Below are positions 38,801 through 52,550 of a DNA stretch of 64,000 nt, piece after piece. The translations under genes and the position numbers were made by a program. Source of the DNA: Octopus vulgaris (lineage: Eukaryota). The notes beneath the pieces are model-generated. The model had not been told where the DNA came from. It saw only the letters and a program-made list of their open reading frames with translations, and did not search any database. The DNA lies in assembly GCA_951406725.2 (NCBI GenBank), contig OX597815.1, positions 154,008,001 to 154,072,000 on the forward strand. Reading direction: 5' to 3'. Position 1 is the stretch's first letter. Every line of letters begins with the position of its first letter.

Positions 38801-40277
38801 ACATCACAAATTTTCTGCTGCATAGCATGTAAGAGGGGAAAACCAAATTGTACTCAACTAATGTATTCTTTGGAGAAGTTAATATTAAAAGGGGAATCTT
38901 CCAAGGAGACCTGTTTTCTCCGCTACTTTTTGTAATTGCACTAATACCCATAACAATGAAATTTGGGTAAGTTAAAATGGGTTACCGATGAGGTAAGGTC
39001 AGCGAGGTATATCAAGATAGGGTGAAGATGGTGTTGAAATCCAACCTGAATGCCACAAATGTGATTCCGCGATGAATATCTGAGCAGTTGCGGTGGTCAG
39101 ATATAGTGCGTCCATCCTCAAATGGAGTAAGGAAGAAATATCAACAATGGATAGAAAGACGAAAAAGTTGATGACGCTGCATGGGGCGCTACGCCCTAAA
39201 GCAAACGTAAACAGACTTACATGAAAGGAAAGAATGTGTGTGTGTGTATGTGTGTGTGTGGTGTGTTTGTGTGTGTCTTTGTGTCTGTACTGGAACCGCT
39301 AGACAACCAGTGCTGGTGCATTTAGTAATTATTATCGATTATTGTATAAGGAGAGAAAAGAGAACGCTTGCAGATTATTTGATAAATAGTGATGAAGACC
39401 TGCTGCAATATGCCGCAAAAGATATGGGTATAAATGCGGATGAAATGATGAGCAAGGAAGAGTTTAACCAAAGAACTGAGGGGAAGAGAAAAGAAGACTT
39501 TCTTGAAATGAGAATGCATGGACAGTTTGAAAGGAAGACACAAGACATTAAGGATATTACACCATCGTAGGTATGGCTTGAGCGAGGTGATTTGAAGCGT
39601 GCCACCGAAAGCCTGATCATTGCTACACAAGACCTGGTTCTCGCTAACAATTCAGTAAAGTATAACATCTATGAAACTTCTGACATCCAGAAATGTCGAC
39701 TCTGTGGAAAAAGTGTGGAAAATGTGACCCACTTGGTAAATGGTTGTGAGAGCCTTGCACAAAGAGAATACAAGCGCCGCCACGATAAAGTGTGTGTATC
39801 TTCATTGGCTCTTATGCTGTAAATACTAATATGACGTATCAGAGAACTGGCATAAGCATGTACCAGGTAAAGTTAGGCAGGATGATGGAAAAGTAAAGAT
39901 ACTCTGGGACTATGATTTTCAGACGGAACGTGTAATCGAAAACCGTCGGCCTGATATTGTCATATTGAAAACGAGAGACAAATACTGTTAGATCATTCAT
40001 GTAGCCATACCAAATGACGGATGTTGTGAATAAAGAGGTTGGAAATGGCAAGACTATGGAATTCGAGAGGGTAATGTAACAGTGATACCAGTGGTGATCG
40101 GAGTGTTGTGATCAATGCTATTGAAACTTCAAAACTTCTTAAGGCAAATAGAAATCCCATGCAAGATTGATATATTGCAAAAAGCAGCCATATTGGGCAC
40201 AATGCACATTTTAAGGAAAGTATTATCTGTCTGAGGTCCTTGTTGTGATTTGACAGATGACTAAAGACTGGTGCATA
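35880..40277 (+). mobile_element. Older degenerate R4/Dong-clade LINE with nested insertions and an internal deletion
   Basis: EPWWKRRIE, NWKAPGLD, NYRPIACLN, AWIDLKKAYDMVP, GIFQGDLFSPLLF, CRLCGKSVENVTHLVNGC, KRRHDKV, RPDIV. The MDD region is missing near 38995. Confidence 0.9.
37087..38751 (-). mobile_element. ORF1-only non-autonomous retroelement, copy 2, nested in the R4/Dong LINE
   Basis: 15-bp TSD cctca(a/t)ttttggatc at 37072-37086 and 38752-38766. Disrupted ORF ~38581 to 37358 with IALLPTYKG and VVVEGRKPNCYICGVRGLIRTES. 3' tail tttagccccttgtggataataaatgaaata. Confidence 0.85.
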
Positions 40278-40305
40278 TTTACTTACACTGTTGGGAAAGA
40301 AGAAG

Positions 40306-40348
40306 AACAACAACAGCAACAACAACAACAGCAACAACAACAACGACT

Positions 40349-40391
<43 letters not shown>
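40306..40391. repeat. (CAA)n microsatellite at the LINE 3' end
   Basis: Direct inspection. Confidence 0.9.
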
Positions 40392-40392
<1 letters not shown>

Positions 40393-40935
40393 AAATGCCC
40401 TGATGCAGTACCAGACTGGCTCCATGACTTCTGACCTTAACTGATAGGAAGTGTTATCATGTACATTGTTTTGTCTTGGTATAAAAGATGGGCTACAGCA
40501 AATATTCTGCTCAATACCACAGATTTGCTTGTCAGTTGTTTGACCTTAACCAGTTGAGCATGTAATGACGATATGAGCATCTCTGATCACGAGCAGAAGT
40601 AGTGGTGGAGTATCAGAGTCATGTATTGAGAGGGATTCTTTGGGATTTGAATGGTTCACCTCTGGAAACATGGGTGTTTCGTTCAACATCCTTAAACAAC
40701 CCTTACTGAGGGACCTTTTGAACGGGATGGGTTACTCGACCAGAAGAAAATCTAACTGGGCCCCACCTGCAAGGTCATGTACTGTTTATCTTGAAATGAG
40801 ATCAACATGTCGCACACATATGGTTGAGATGAATGTGCCTAGTGTACCCTTATCAGACGGGTAGTCATGATGGGTATACTGCACTTCGTATATTTCTCCC
40901 CAGTGTCACTCTGATGACACGCGCTGCTCTCTCAC
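40393..40935 (+). mobile_element. ~540-bp non-coding repeat with a (TAA)n tail
   Basis: Homologous to 24815-25247. Lies between (CAA)n and (TAA)n. Confidence 0.8.
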
Positions 40936-40974
40936 ATAATAATAATGATAATAATAATAATAACAACAATAATA

Positions 40975-41187
40975 ATCCTTTCTACTAAAGGTACAAAGCC
41001 TGACATTTGGTGAGACGAGACTAGTCGATTGCATCGACCCAATGTTTAACTGGTACTTATTTAATCGAACCCGAAGGGATGAACGGCAAATCGACCCTGC
41101 AGAATTTGAACTCAACGTAAGAGCCGGAAGAAATGTCTCTTAGCATTTTGTCCGGCGCACAAATGATTCTGCTAACTTGCCGTCTTG
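40975..41187 (-). mobile_element. SINE family B, older copy
   Basis: Minus strand aagacggcaagttagcagaatc...gagttcaaattctgcagggtcgatttgcc...aataagtaccagtt. Confidence 0.8.
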
Positions 41188-41988
41188 CTGATAAAATGCT
41201 TTTTTTTTATTTTGGCATAAGGTCGGCCACTTTTTGAGGGAAGGGTACATTTGAACTTTGAACATAAAGAGCTGGGAAAAGTAAGATAAAGATCATATCA
41301 CTTCACAATTAACATCACCAGCTATATGATAGCCATAATTCTTATTATTCAAACGGAAATCTGGAGTTTCCAGGAGAATGGTAAATAAAATTACGATTTC
41401 TGTGCAATCTAATGATTAAAACAACAATTGTATGCCAAGTATTTAGAATTCATTGAGTGTTAAAACATCTGTTTAGAGAATATAGAAAAAATGTTGCCAT
41501 TGTGTTCAGCTACACAATTATATATTACTTCGAAGCTTCCTTGATTTAATCCAAACGTACACCTTTCAAAACTAATCCACAAACAATACTGGTTAAAAAG
41601 TCATCTTGTTACATATCATTGTTAAACAGAATGTGCTGTTTGATGTAATGCTAATTTCTCTTTCTCTTTCTTTTTCCTTTTGTACTCAATATTACAATGT
41701 GAGCAATTTTCTTCTTATTGTTGTTTACAACGATGACTCATTGAAAATATGTTCTAGGATTATTTAATAGAAAATACGACTTTGGTTCTCATTACCAACA
41801 ATGGGTTTCAAAATAATTGAATGGTTACCACATGACCATGGATGGGAGGTAGATATTTCTGTCTAGGCCAAAAGTGTACTACACTCTTCTTTTTGCAGAT
41901 TTAAGAATCTCGAAAACGAATCCGGATGGAAGTTAGGACTGTACTAAGTCGAAGACATTAAGTTGCAACTTGACTGTTTAAAGCTATA

Positions 41989-42368
41989 TAGCTGTGTGGT
42001 ATGAAGCTCCCTTCCCGATCTCATGGTCTAAGGTTCAACCTCATTCCATAAGTGTAAGTCTCACTTCTGTAAGTGTCATTTCCTATAGCCTCGAGCCGAC
42101 CAAAGACTTGTGAGTGGATTTGGAAGGCGGAAGCTGAAAGAAACCGTCGTGTGTGTGTGTGTGTGTGTCTTTGTGTCTGTGTTTGGACCTCTTGACAACC
42201 AGTGCTGGTGTATTTACGTAACTGTAAATTAACTGTTCGACAAAAGTGACCGATGGAATAATTACTTGGCTTTAATATAAATAGTACCGGGGTCTACTAT
42301 TTGCTTGACTAAAATTCTTCAAGGCGGTGCCTCGGCATAGCTGCAGTCTCGTGACTGAAAGGAGTAAC
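41989..42368 (+). mobile_element. SINE family A
   Basis: gctgtgtggta...tatagcctcgagccgaccaaagacttgtgagtggatttgg...aaggcggtgcctcggcatagctgcagtc. Confidence 0.85.
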
Positions 42369-42744
42369 AGCTGTAAGTATACAGAATGGCCTTCACCTAG
42401 TGTCTCTATCTTCTTGAAAAGGTATTTGCATTACATAGTTCGCAGCAATTAACATACTCAAACACACAGATATGTCTTCGCGCGCACACATACACAGATG
42501 TTCACAAACGCACAGTTTCTTAAAAACAATCCCTACATATGTACACGCGTATACATGGATAAAACATCATACATATTACCCAGCATGATACTTATTAAAA
42601 ACAGATCAGACGTTTTTCTCTCGATCAATTCCAACTTGATATCGTTAATTGAGCGAGCTTATTTATACCAGAGTTAAATTTGATACCATCAGAATTTGTA
42701 GCTTTTTCATCAAAATCCCGAGTCTAATGAATGAAAATGAGTTA

Positions 42745-43090
42745 ATTAGTGGCAGTTTGGCACTGCGTCGAGTACAACGACAAGGGTTACAGTTGATCCA
42801 ATCATCGGAATAACCTGCGCGTGAAATTAAACAGCCTGCTCATGAAAGTGGCTGAGCACTCCACAGACACATGTTCTCTTAACGTTATTCCCAGGGAGAT
42901 TCAGCGTGACATAAAATATGACAAGACTGGCCGTTTGACCTACAGATACTATTCAATTTGCCAGTTTAGTGGACTTGAGCAACGTCAAATTAAGTGTCTT
43001 GCTCAAGGACACAAAGCGCTGCCGGGAAAAGAACTCACGATCGTGAGGTCGTGAGCCGAATACCCTAACCACTAAGTCACGCGTCTTCAC
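42745..43090 (-). mobile_element. tRNA-derived SINE, family D (gtgtccttgagcaagacactt core)
   Basis: Minus-strand head gtgaagacgcgtgacttagtggttagggtattcggctcacga, followed by gtgtccttgagcaagacac. Related relic at ~49480-49640. Confidence 0.78.
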
Positions 43091-43309
43091 GATTTAATTA
43101 ACTAATAAACAATACTGATTTTAAAATCGTCTTTCGGAATATATTGCTGATGTTCTCGGTTGGTCAGAACCTGGATCGTATTTTGAACTTAAAACATGTT
43201 GAAGGCAATCCTCAAACACAACATAAGATCCTAGTTGTGTATTGAATGAAAGACACTATCGCGCGACAAATGCTGGCTACCAAGTCAGCTATATTGGCTA
43301 AAAATCTCG

Positions 43310-43451
43310 AAGTCGACTTTGCCTTTCATCTTTCAAGGGTCGATAAATAAAGTACCAGTTATGTACTGGGGTAGATGTAATCGACTTAATCCCTTTGTCT
43401 GTCCTTGTTTGTCCCCTCTATGTTTAGCCCCTTGTGGGCAATAAAGAAATA
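43310..43451 (+). mobile_element. SINE family B, 5'-truncated
   Basis: Near-identical to 19075-19216. Confidence 0.88.
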
Positions 43452-43605
43452 TATATTGGATAAAAATCTCAAAATTTTCATAGTACAGGAATCAGAGTTC
43501 CAATTACAATTTCCTTTCCTGTAAACCACAATAAATGAAATACGATTTACGTTAGAAAAAATGATTTCATAAATAGTATTTTAATATTCATCAGTTACCT
43601 TATAT

Positions 43606-43763
43606 AGGCGCCGGAGTGTCTGTGTGGTAAGAAGTTTGCTTCTCCGCCACATGGTTCCGGACTCAGTCCCACTGCGTGGCACTTTGGGCAAGTGTCTTCT
43701 ACTATAGCCTCGGGCCGACCCAAAATCTTTTGTGGATATGGTAGACGGAAATTGAAAGAAGTG

Positions 43764-43813
<50 letters not shown>

Positions 43814-44032
43814 TGTGTATGTGTGTATGTATGTATGTATGTATGTATGTATGTATGTATGTGTGTGTGTGTGTGTGCATGTGTTTACGTCCACATAACT
43901 TATACGTTCGGTATTAGAGACCGACAGAATAAACGCCAGGTTTAACAAAAGATGAGAAATAGGGTCGATTCATTCGACTAAAAAATTCTAGCATGGCCTC
44001 AGTCTAATGACTGAAACTAGTAAAAGATAAAA
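43606..44032 (+). mobile_element. SINE family A with an expanded internal microsatellite
   Basis: Head, body and tail match 29569-29958. Confidence 0.88.
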
Positions 44033-44607
44033 GGCTATAACTAGTTGCTTCTAAATTTAAGAACCTTTTTGATAATCAACGTGTCAAAAAGGGAAGATCT
44101 TTAAAATTATGTATCTTTATAGTTGATTTGTTATCCTCAACATCTCTTTAATATTTTACAACTCAAAGAAAAAAATCAAAAAGAAAACAAAAGGCTAAAA
44201 TTCAACGGCACAATACAAATAAAACACAAAGATTTTCCAGTTTCTGCTACTGGTTAAAATCACTTGAATACAAAGCAGATCGATACATTAAATAAGAGGT
44301 TTAAAAACAATTGGGTTCGATATGTTCAATTGAAATTCTTCAAGGCAAAGTCCCAGCTCGATCAACTAAAACAAAAAAAATCAGATATAGGAATACCAAC
44401 CAGAGTCTTAATTTTTTAGCAAAAACAATTCCCATTGTTTTTTAGCAGACCTTAAAACATAATAAGCATGATAAGTAAAACCTAATTTTCCTAAGCAATA
44501 AACGAAATGATAGGGATCTCTCTTTCACGTCTCCCCTCTCTCTCTCCCTGTTACGCACACACATGCACACGCTCACGCGAACACATAATATATATATATA
44601 TAATAAA

Positions 44608-44861
44608 TATTAGGGAATAAATCCAAATTTACAGGGAAAAATCAGATTTAGGATTGAATCCAATTTTATAGTAAAATATTATATAATATTAATTAGAGAC
44701 AAAACCACTATTTTGCAAATCAAACAAGGAAAGACTTAATCAATACATAAAAAAATATTTATTTATTTATTTACTTTATATTAAAATTTTTTTATGTATT
44801 GATTAAGACTTTCCTTGTTTGATTTGCAAAATAGTGGTTTTGTCTCTAATTAATATTATAT
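44608..44861. mobile_element. AT-rich element terminus with a 76-bp inverted duplication (Penelope-like architecture)
   Basis: Arms 44681-44756 and 44786-44861, one mismatch. Terminus homologous to ~21541, ~57268 and ~18040-18112 (-). Confidence 0.7.
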
Positions 44862-44904
44862 ATATATATATATATAAGTACTTACGTGTACTTTCATGCA
44901 TGTA

Positions 44905-44951
<47 letters not shown>

Positions 44952-46437
44952 TTTATAGAAAGAGCTTCTACAGGACTAGAACTGTTTCATTCAAATGAAA
45001 TCATCATGAATATATATATATATATATATATCACCTACACATATATCTTATAAACGTACATAAGCATACAAACATGTATACATATGCACTCATACATGTA
45101 TACATATATACCTCTATACATGCATTCATACTCTCTCAAATACGCACACACATACACTTATAAATACATTCATACGTTGTATCTAGGTTACAGGTTAAAT
45201 TTGCATCAATTTTATTCAAGAATTCCATTCAGATACCTTATTATTGAATCAAAGTAAAAGCAAAATCCATTTCTAAGTTTATCTTCTTGGAAGTTTGTGA
45301 TATCCATGACTTTCTCAATAGCATTAGCCATATCGGGGAGGTGATATAGATTAATCTAAGAACTGAATTCAAATAAAAGAATAAGAGAAAGCTCGCCGTG
45401 AACTTCTAGTGTTTATATGTAATGTTTATCAAGAAAAAATAACATAACAAATAAGAAAAATGGACGCAAAATGAAAAACATTGATAAGAGATTATCAACA
45501 AGATAAATAAAAATGAGGAGAAATATTGGGCTAGCACAGCAAATGTGGTCATTTTAAATCTTTCGTTCGCATGAGGTAATGTTTTATAAAATATACGTTT
45601 TTGTTTGTTGACTAGATATAGGTATTTTTTTCTTTATGTTTGTAAATATAAACAGAATATTATATTTCCAAAATCCAGTCTAATATTCAAAAAGAAATGT
45701 TCGAAGCGAATAAAACCTAAAAATAATATGTTTACATTGAATTATCAGCTGAAGATTACGAAGATCGAAATACTTTAAACATTTTTAGCAATATTTCTGA
45801 AAGAAAAGGAAAAAATCAAAATATCACTGACAACTTTTCATACAAAGGAAATACAAATGTGCAAATACATGCTTACACATACACACACGCACACTCTTAT
45901 TTACTTTCAATTACACACACACACTCATATGTGTGCTTCTGTGTGAGTGTAAACTTTATATGTATATATTCTCAAACATAAAGAAGCGTATTCTTTCGGG
46001 CAAATTTGGAAAAATAATAAAGAAATGGATATTTGTACATTTTATAAGTGTAATTTAGTCTATGTCATGAATATACAGCATTAACTTTGATCCAATCAAG
46101 TTATTCAAAATCGAAAATATATTTACTCCAGATCTTATGAAAAAGATAATATAAAATAAACAGGAAAAAATTATAGTCTATCATTATATTTAATAAATTT
46201 AAAATGTTTCGTAAAAGTATGAAGGTACGTACTATTTATAAATGTAGAACACATTATCTATACATTACTTTGTACTAACTGTTTATGTACAATTTTAAAA
46301 ATTTTATTTCTTGCAGAAGACTAAAATCTCTCACTATTCTTCAGCTTTTATTTGATGTAAGTTTTAAGAAAAAGACATAGTTCAACAAGATGACGTCACG
46401 AGAACATTAAATTTGTACTGTTTTGTAGATCAGATTT

Positions 46438-46757
46438 TCTTCCTTTATTCCATTACTTGTTCCAGTCATTCGACTGCGGCCATGCTGGAGCACCGCCTCA
46501 AATGGTTTTAGTCGAAGAATTCGACCACACAACTTATTTTTTATAAGCCTAATACTTATTATGTCGGTTCTCTTTTGCCGAACCGCTAAGTTACGAGGAC
46601 GTAAACACACCAACAGCGTTGTCAAGCAGTGGTGGCGGACAAGCAGACACAAAACACACACACACATAAATATATACATATATATATACGATAAACTTCT
46701 TTTCAGTTTCTGTCTATCAAATCTTCTCAGAAGGCTTTGGTCGGTCCGAGGCTATAA
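46438..46757 (-). mobile_element. SINE family A, head missing
   Basis: Reverse complement of the family A body and tail. Confidence 0.85.
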
Positions 46758-46994
46758 TACAATACGCTTACCTTTTATCAAGTTCAAATCCAGCCGGGGT
46801 ATTTGATTTTATTTTACCTAAAAATACTTTTGAGAATATCTTCACCAATATAATAACTGGATAAATGTGAGGTTACATATTGAATCAAATAATGTAAGAA
46901 TATATATTTGAATTAAGGGCACTTTTTTTTTGCCGTCTTTGGTTGCTATTTCGTATATATGTACATATGTATAACGCATGTGTTCGTGTATATA

Positions 46995-47050
<56 letters not shown>

Positions 47051-47130
47051 CATACATATATGTATGTAGCTCCATATCTATCTACCAATAAATCATTCTG
47101 TTTCTCTATGTGTGTATGTGTGTGTGTAAG

Positions 47131-47177
<47 letters not shown>

Positions 47178-48205
47178 GGCTTTCTGTATTCGGTGTGGTC
47201 TTATGATGGATGCATCCGTTAATAGTAAAGAAGATAAGGAATTATTTGAAAGTCATAATTTTTTTGTTAGTTTTAACATAATTTTTTTTGTTAGTTTTAA
47301 ACCTAAACGTAGTGAAAAAAATAAGGAAAAAAGAAACAGACAAAAAAACAAACAGTTATACAAGTAGCCATTGCCACATGTAACATTAACCAAAATGGTA
47401 GTTTTCATATCGGAATGGCTACTAATCAGTTGAAGAGCTTGACTTCCACAACGTAGTTATATATTTAGAAGATAACACACGTTAAACAGTTACAATATAC
47501 TCCAGATTATTGAACGCCAACGTTTATCTGAAGCATCTGTTAGTAGAAACTCAGCTGTTTTATGTAGGCTCTCTTCGTCGCCTAGTCGATTTTATATATG
47601 GTAACATCTTTCCTTTAAAATGATAAACAGCAATTCAAAAATTGCTTGTTCGTCCATAAAATAGCTCTTGTTAAAAACCCCAACAAAAGGAAAAGATGTT
47701 TTGTTCCAATAAATTTCACATTACCAACCAACAAGTTCTTTGAACAAGCACACAAACACGCATACGTTTCTATAGATAAATAGATACATCAAACAGTTCA
47801 TAACTGTTCATATTGGCATTAAATAATGTCTTTTCAAAACACACATACAATCATCAGCCTATGAAAATACAGTTCTTCGAAATAATTTATGTCATTGACA
47901 TTAAATATTGCCGTGTCAAAACAGACATAGAGACATAAGTATTAAAGCTTGAAACAAGCTCATTGACGAAACTCGCACTTATATGTCCATCAAAAGGTTT
48001 TAATGAACAAAGTCGCAGAAAATTCACGTACGGAACTTTCGATGAAATAACGTCTTAAAAATGAATTAATTTGTCTACTACTACCATAAGTTGCCTGTGA
48101 TGTTTAAAATACAAAATAGGAATGTATAACTATATTCCACATTATCCCACATTACCTATAACACTAATCAGGAGCCAATCAAATATTATATATTAGTTTA
48201 GATCA

Positions 48206-48253
<48 letters not shown>

Positions 48254-51200
48254 TGTGGCGGGTGGGAACGTCTCTTTTTTAAATTTCACTGCACTAAAAC
48301 CAATTACAGTAAATGAAAGAACGTTTTTCTTACTCGTGGTCCAACATTCGTTGGGACAATAGAAATTGAACGATCCTCTCGGTTTCGAGACGAACGACCT
48401 AACAAGAAATAAATGTTCATCATACCGAACTGGTCTTCCAGCGAGTTCGCTCTCAACCACAATCATTTCTATGACTCGAACGCTGCTGCTAGATAGTTAA
48501 GTCAATGTCTGGTTCATCTGTTCCTTTCGCGAGTCTCGCATATGCCGTACTTGGTTTCTAGCACTGTCCTCACCGAGCAATCCTGGTGAGGGTGCCAATT
48601 TCGTCATCAGGGACACGACCATGTGTACCATGTTAAAAAGATAGACATGTGTCCACCAGCACCTGAAACGGTATGTTATCAAACTATCCTTTCTCTTAGA
48701 AGAATACAGATAATGGTCGTAGATAAGTCTGTGTAGCTCGGGACGAATAAATCAGTTAAATGATTTCAACAGTTGCTAGTGCACATGAAAATTTAAAAAA
48801 AATTAGTGAGATTCAAAAATCCCAAATGAATTTGCTTGCGTCATAAGCTTGAAGCATTATTTTATGTGCACAGGCTATAGACCACATACACTGTAGGCAT
48901 CTTCAACGTCGTCTAAAATGATTCCATCAACAGTGTTTGTTGCACATTATGAGAATGTGTACAAATACTTTATATTGGACACTTTAGTGCTACAGTAAGC
49001 TCATTTGTCAAGTGAAGAGTCTTATCATAAGGAAACGACAACTAAAATTCTCTGGTCACTTAACAACATTTGGTGGAGACATTTGCTCAAACACTGTGTG
49101 TTGAAGTGAATCTGGGAAAGCGCTTGCAATGCATGCCGCGGAATTGAATTAGATATGGAATAAAAGCATTGGCTACGATATCCGAGAGGTCAAATATCAA
49201 AAGGATGCCTTTGGAGAAGTATAGTTGCTAGGAAAAAAGTTTGAGACCAAACGCATAGTATATATTCCAACATTCTACATGCTGCATGTTGTAAGAATGC
49301 TGTCGAACAACTTTCACGAAAGGTATGGAATGCAGTCCCTGCATTATAATGTCTTTAATCATATGTGCCTTTCAAAGTAAGTAAGCACTATCTCATAAGA
49401 CCGGCTGTTCAGTTTCCATGGCGTATAAATGACCGAGATCACAGCTAACGTTCTTGAATTGGACAACCGTCCGTTGCAGAGGTGCTTATTTACAAGTGAT
49501 TGAACTGGCGCGCAGTGAAATGAAGTGTTTTGCTCAAGAACATAAAGCTTTACCCAGAAAACAAAGTAGCCCGGGAATCGAAACCTCAATATTGCAATCC
49601 TGAGTACAACACCCTACAAACGACGTTACGCGCCTTCACCTACCTTTCGAAAGCGAGTTTAATTAACTATGACCGGTGCCATCCAACTGTTAATCTTTAA
49701 CACTAATATAAAATAATCGTTGATTGGTACATGTTGCTTGTGTACCATTGTATGCTGTTCAACCATTTCAACGCATGCTTTTCAAATGCACATATTACAG
49801 CATATAAACTGAGATGTCTAGCTTGTTGCATGTGTTGCAGGTGAGTGATTTGATAAAGGTGTCGCATCAGAAGTCCTCAGCAACAAGAAAACTTACGTTA
49901 AAAGTTCTGTCAATGTCTAAGAAGCACCCCACCACATCTATTTTATCAAAATTTCTAATAGTTTTCTGCATAATCATGATGATTATACAACAGTCGACAT
50001 GAAACTGGGTAAACATAATTAAAAATTCTTGTTAGGAGTTCAATCTATATAACTGACTTAATGTTTAGGACTGAAATAACAGTTACTGTATACTATTCGC
50101 CATTTGTTGACAAACCGAACTCAATGTGTATCAATTAGGATAGCGTTTAAATAATGACATTTCTAATGGGATGTTTTATTGGGAATTAAATTAATTTTTG
50201 TCAGCATCAACGGTTAACTTGAATAAATTGCAGTGACATATAAACAAACAGGAATAAAGAATCGAATGACAGATATTTTAAAGCTATTTACTGTCAGCTC
50301 TTCGTTATCAGCAAATCTTAGTTCTTCAACTAGATTTAAGATTATATCCATTAATTTAGTTTAAACAGAGATGCCATCAGAAAAGAGACGCATTATCACC
50401 AAAGACATTTACTGAATGTGTGCAAATGTCAAGTTACTGAATGATATATATACATATATATATATATATATTAACTCCAGCACTTATCGACATCATTCTA
50501 AAACTTGTTCATTTCTTGTTTAAATAAATATTTCTTACTAATAATTCATTCAATAGAAGACAAGCAGCCAAAGCAAGTTTATCTTCAAAGCTTCTTACTG
50601 AATGTGACATATTAGTAATCATTATCTAACAAGATAGTGTACATTAGGTTCGGGGTTATTTTCGAGACGTGGCAAAGGCGAATCGAAAGTCTGAATGTTA
50701 AGTGATGAGAAGTTGCTAATAGTAATGCCTACTATTGATAAATGGCCGACCAATTTCCAAACGATGAGTAGAGTAACTGAGTAATGCTCCCACGAAATGT
50801 TGGGTATTAGAAATCTAGCGATTCCAATATGATAAAAGGAAAAGCAGACCACAGCTGAGTCTGTACTTACATTCAAATGGACCGCAAATATTTGCTGATA
50901 AAAATTTTCAGCATTAACATATAACATTACAAATTTGGGTGGAGTGGGATAAAATTAAATAGACGTCTTTGCTTGTCTTGTATTTAATGCAAATGCACCA
51001 GATATACAGTGGAACGCCTGGAGAGAGAACTCATTTATTGGTACTTTGTGGCTTGGTATTTTGATCTTCTACCTGCATGCGATAGGTCTGATCAATTAGA
51101 ATTGACTTAAAGATAGCAACACAGTAGCAAAATTTATAAATCAAACAGCCATAGAGAAAAATAATGACAATGCCGTTATTGGCAGCATTCGAAATTAGAA

Positions 51201-51388
51201 AGCGACATAACCAGAGGCTGCAAGATAGTAGAGCCAACACGCTGCCAAGCAACTAACTATTCCATGGTACGTAGAGAAATTAATTAACTATAGACATTGC
51301 GTATAAGTTAAAAATAAATTATTAATTGAAATCATTAAGATGTGTTATTAACATTTACAGAACAAATCCACACTTTGCTTCCTCTGCA

Positions 51389-51434
<46 letters not shown>

Positions 51435-51720
51435 GGAAGAATTCATGAAAAAAACAAAAGACGGAGACAGGTGGTGTAGAAAACAAACAGATGTATTAGT
51501 ATAACGCTCCGGAATTGAAAAAGTCTTTAACGTTTCGAGCCTACACTTCTCCACGGAAAGGAACACAGAAAGAAAAAAGGAGAGAGAAAAATGTGTGTAG
51601 TGGCTACCGATCTATCATGGCGAATGCCGAACAGAAGGGTCACACAGGAGACCAAAGAAGTAGGGGAGATAACAAAGTAGATGTGATCCCACAACGAAGG
51701 TGTGCGTGTGTGTAAGAGCG
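51435..51720 (-). mobile_element. Penelope-like terminal repeat fragment
   Basis: tttaacgtttcgagc motif shared with 10191-10375. TA-flanked. Confidence 0.5.
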
Positions 51721-51881
51721 TACGTATGTGTGTGTGAAAGAGGGCTGGTGATCTTCACGCGTGCCTGTGTGTATGTGTAGGTGTGAAAATGTGGGGATGG
51801 GAATTGGAATTGGTCAATGCTGGTGTGTGGGTAGTGGTGTGTTGTCATATGATGCTTTGTGTGGTATGGTGTAGTGTGTTA

Positions 51882-52530
51882 ATGTACATGCGTATGTGCA
51901 TAACAGACGCTACCACCCTATGAGAAAACGATAGAAGACTTCAGATAACTTACAGTTGACCTGATATACTAAATCCGAATGATCTTACTTCAACGAATAG
52001 CAACAATACTGATTTTCTGTATGATAAATAAACAGTCTGATAATATTTTTGTATCACATAGACGAGTCATTTTATGGCGTTGTCAATTCTTCTAAATCCA
52101 TGGCGTTTAAAAAACCTTTATATGATGAAAGATACATGTATTTATACGCATTAGAATAAACTATGTGACTATCATATCGGCATTTGTGACTTGTTTTATT
52201 GTCTATTTAAATGTACGGGCATCTGGTATATCTTTCATATCAATTACCAAAAAAAAAAAAAAATATATTTTCTTCGCTGACACATACAAGAAAAAATCAT
52301 TGTTGTCTCAGACTGAGAAGAATAGAATCAGCCTTCCACGTGGTTAGTTGTTTTGCAGATGATTGATAATTTAGTTGCAGGCGAATGCTAAATTTTGTCT
52401 TACTTTGTTCAACAAAAAAACAGGCGCTATTCTTATAGGAATTAGCCTAACACTATAAACATACTAACACATATAACATATAAATTAAATGTTTCTGTTC
52501 TTGCTTAAAATACTATCATAGATTAAAATA
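51882..52530 (+). repeat. ~640-bp direct duplication, copy 1 (copy 2 at 58254-58891)
   Basis: Collinear and highly similar from atgtacatgcgtatg to gattaaaata. Confidence 0.92.
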
Positions 52531-52550
52531 CTGCCAATGATGGTATGCAA

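Noticed and set aside
41770-41947. Possible exons, including ttttgcag|..FKNLENESGWKLGLY*
   Set aside because: Good acceptor but no coherent partner exon or homology.
44960-45010. Minus-strand hammerhead-like atgatga...gaaacag motif
   Set aside because: Core mutated and stems incomplete.
48250-49350. Moderately GC-rich block, possibly a transposon relic
   Set aside because: No diagnostic motif or termini recovered by eye.
51186-51266. CKIVEPTRCQATNYSM|gtacgt, with Frizzled-CRD-like Cys/Tyr spacing
   Set aside because: Weak acceptor, in-frame stops just upstream and no rest of the domain found.
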